Notes under the pieces: generated by a model | Database searches by the model: none | What the model was told of the DNA's origin: nothing | The model's input: only the letters and a program-made list of their open reading frames with translations | Shown here: positions 62,918 to 64,000 of the stretch, piece after piece | How the letters are laid out: the number at the start of each line of letters is the position of its first letter | Numbering within the stretch: position 1 is the first letter of the stretch | Program-made: the position numbers and the translations under genes | Source of the DNA: Felis catus | Taxonomy: Eukaryota | Assembly: GCF_018350175.1 (NCBI RefSeq) | Contig: NC_058371.1 | Coordinates: 75,144,001 to 75,208,000 of the forward strand | Direction: 5' to 3' | DNA length: 64,000 nt

Positions 62918-63136
62918 GGGGCGCCTGGGTGGCTCAGTTGGTTAAGCCTCCGACTTCGGCTCAGGTCACGATCTCACGGTCCATGATTTTGAGCCCCGCG
63001 TCCGGCTCTGGGCTGATGGCTCAGAGCCTGGAGCCTGCTTCGGATTCTGTGTCTCCCTCTCTCTCTGCCCCTCCCCCATTCATGATCTGTGTCTCTCTGT
63101 CTCAAAAACAAATAAACGTTAAAAAAATTTTTTTAA
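62918..63136 (+). mobile_element. felid Can-SINE
   Basis: perfect 18-bp TSD aaagaaatgataccagtg (62900-62917 / 63137-63154). Confidence 0.98.
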
Positions 63137-63394
63137 AAAGAAATGATACCAGTGCTAGGTGGTAATAAGAAGCATAGTAGAGGTAGATGTAAACAACAGA
63201 AGTTTCTGGCACAAAAGTGGAAATTCAATGAATTTATAGATAATCAAAACTCAAAAAGACATTTATTCGTTCCAAGTCCTAGGTGAAGCTGGCAGGAATT
63301 ATATTTAGTGGAGACAAATATATGGTCCAGCATGGATCTAAAAAGGCCAGTGAAATAATTGCAAGATCAGGGATACCTGTTGATATGATGTGGT

Positions 63395-63680
63395 GGGCAA
63401 GAACATAGGCTATAGAGTTGGGTAGGCTTGTGTTTCAATCCTGGCTCTGTCATTTACTTCTACGATCATGGGCAAATCTCTTCACCTCACTGTGCCTCAG
63501 TGTTCTTATCTGTAAAATGGAAGTAATAATAGATCCTGCTGAAAGGGTTGCTGGGAAGTTTAAATGAAGTAATACATTTCAAGTGCTTAGAAAAGAGCCT
63601 GACTAATAATAATGATGATAATAATAATAATAATAATAATGATAAACACTCAGTAGTATTTAACAACTGTTATTATTATT
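63395..63680 (+). mobile_element. MIR with (TAA)n expansion at 63604-63644
   Basis: caatcctggctctgtcatttactt...gtgcctcagtgttcttatctgtaaaatggaagtaataata. Confidence 0.85.
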
Positions 63681-64000
63681 CATAAAAGGTTCTTTTAGAA
63701 AAGCAAAAAACCACAAAAACAAAAAACAAAAAACAAAACCAAAAACAACCCAAACCTTTGTATTGCAGCTTGCCCAGTTGTAATTAGCAGTTTTCTGATA
63801 AGCTCATTGGGTTGTGTACCCGTCTCCCAAAGGGATAGGAGGCAGCGAGGCAAATTGCTGCTTTAGATCTGATAGTCTTTCCAAAAGAAGAAAGTGGCCA
63901 TGTGTCATCCTAGGGTTCTTGATAGGCTAGAAGAGAAAACCTGGGTATGGTTGGACACAAGCTCAATCTACAAGGAAAGCACAGGACTAAAGCAATCACA

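Noticed and set aside
11723-63165. Recurrent MAQSV(E/K)RPTSAQVMIS... ORF family
   Set aside because: These are translations of Can-SINE bodies, not a protein family
1-64000. tRNA genes, CRISPR arrays or prokaryote-type systems
   Set aside because: The tRNA-like motifs are SINE heads; there is no repeat-spacer array or operon structure, and the DNA is mammalian

Overview
AT-rich, repeat-dense mammalian DNA from a cat-family (Felidae) genome, judged by about 22 felid-type Can-SINE copies, several with intact target-site duplications (TSDs). I could not recognise any protein-coding gene, tRNA, rRNA or snoRNA, so the window looks intronic or intergenic. It is dominated by Can-SINEs, L1, L2, MIR, MaLR/MER21-type LTRs and hAT DNA transposons (MER33, MER58A, MER45, MER5), plus microsatellites and six N gaps. 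Most ORFs in the supplied track are repeat-derived. Repeat subfamily names come from recalled consensus sequences, not a search. The observations most worth checking are: (1) a ~170-bp segment duplicated at 7.3 and 8.3 kb, where one copy holds an intact 63-nt exon-like unit and the other has lost both splice sites and gained two stops, inside a phase-compatible chain of minus-strand exon candidates; (2) an 81-codon open L1 ORF2 fragment at 40.6 kb that resembles non-mammalian L1s, beside an enhancer-like block; (3) a CpG-retaining old SINE and weak CpG island at 24.0-24.9 kb ending in a splice donor. I found no convincing new biological system; the findings are hypotheses.
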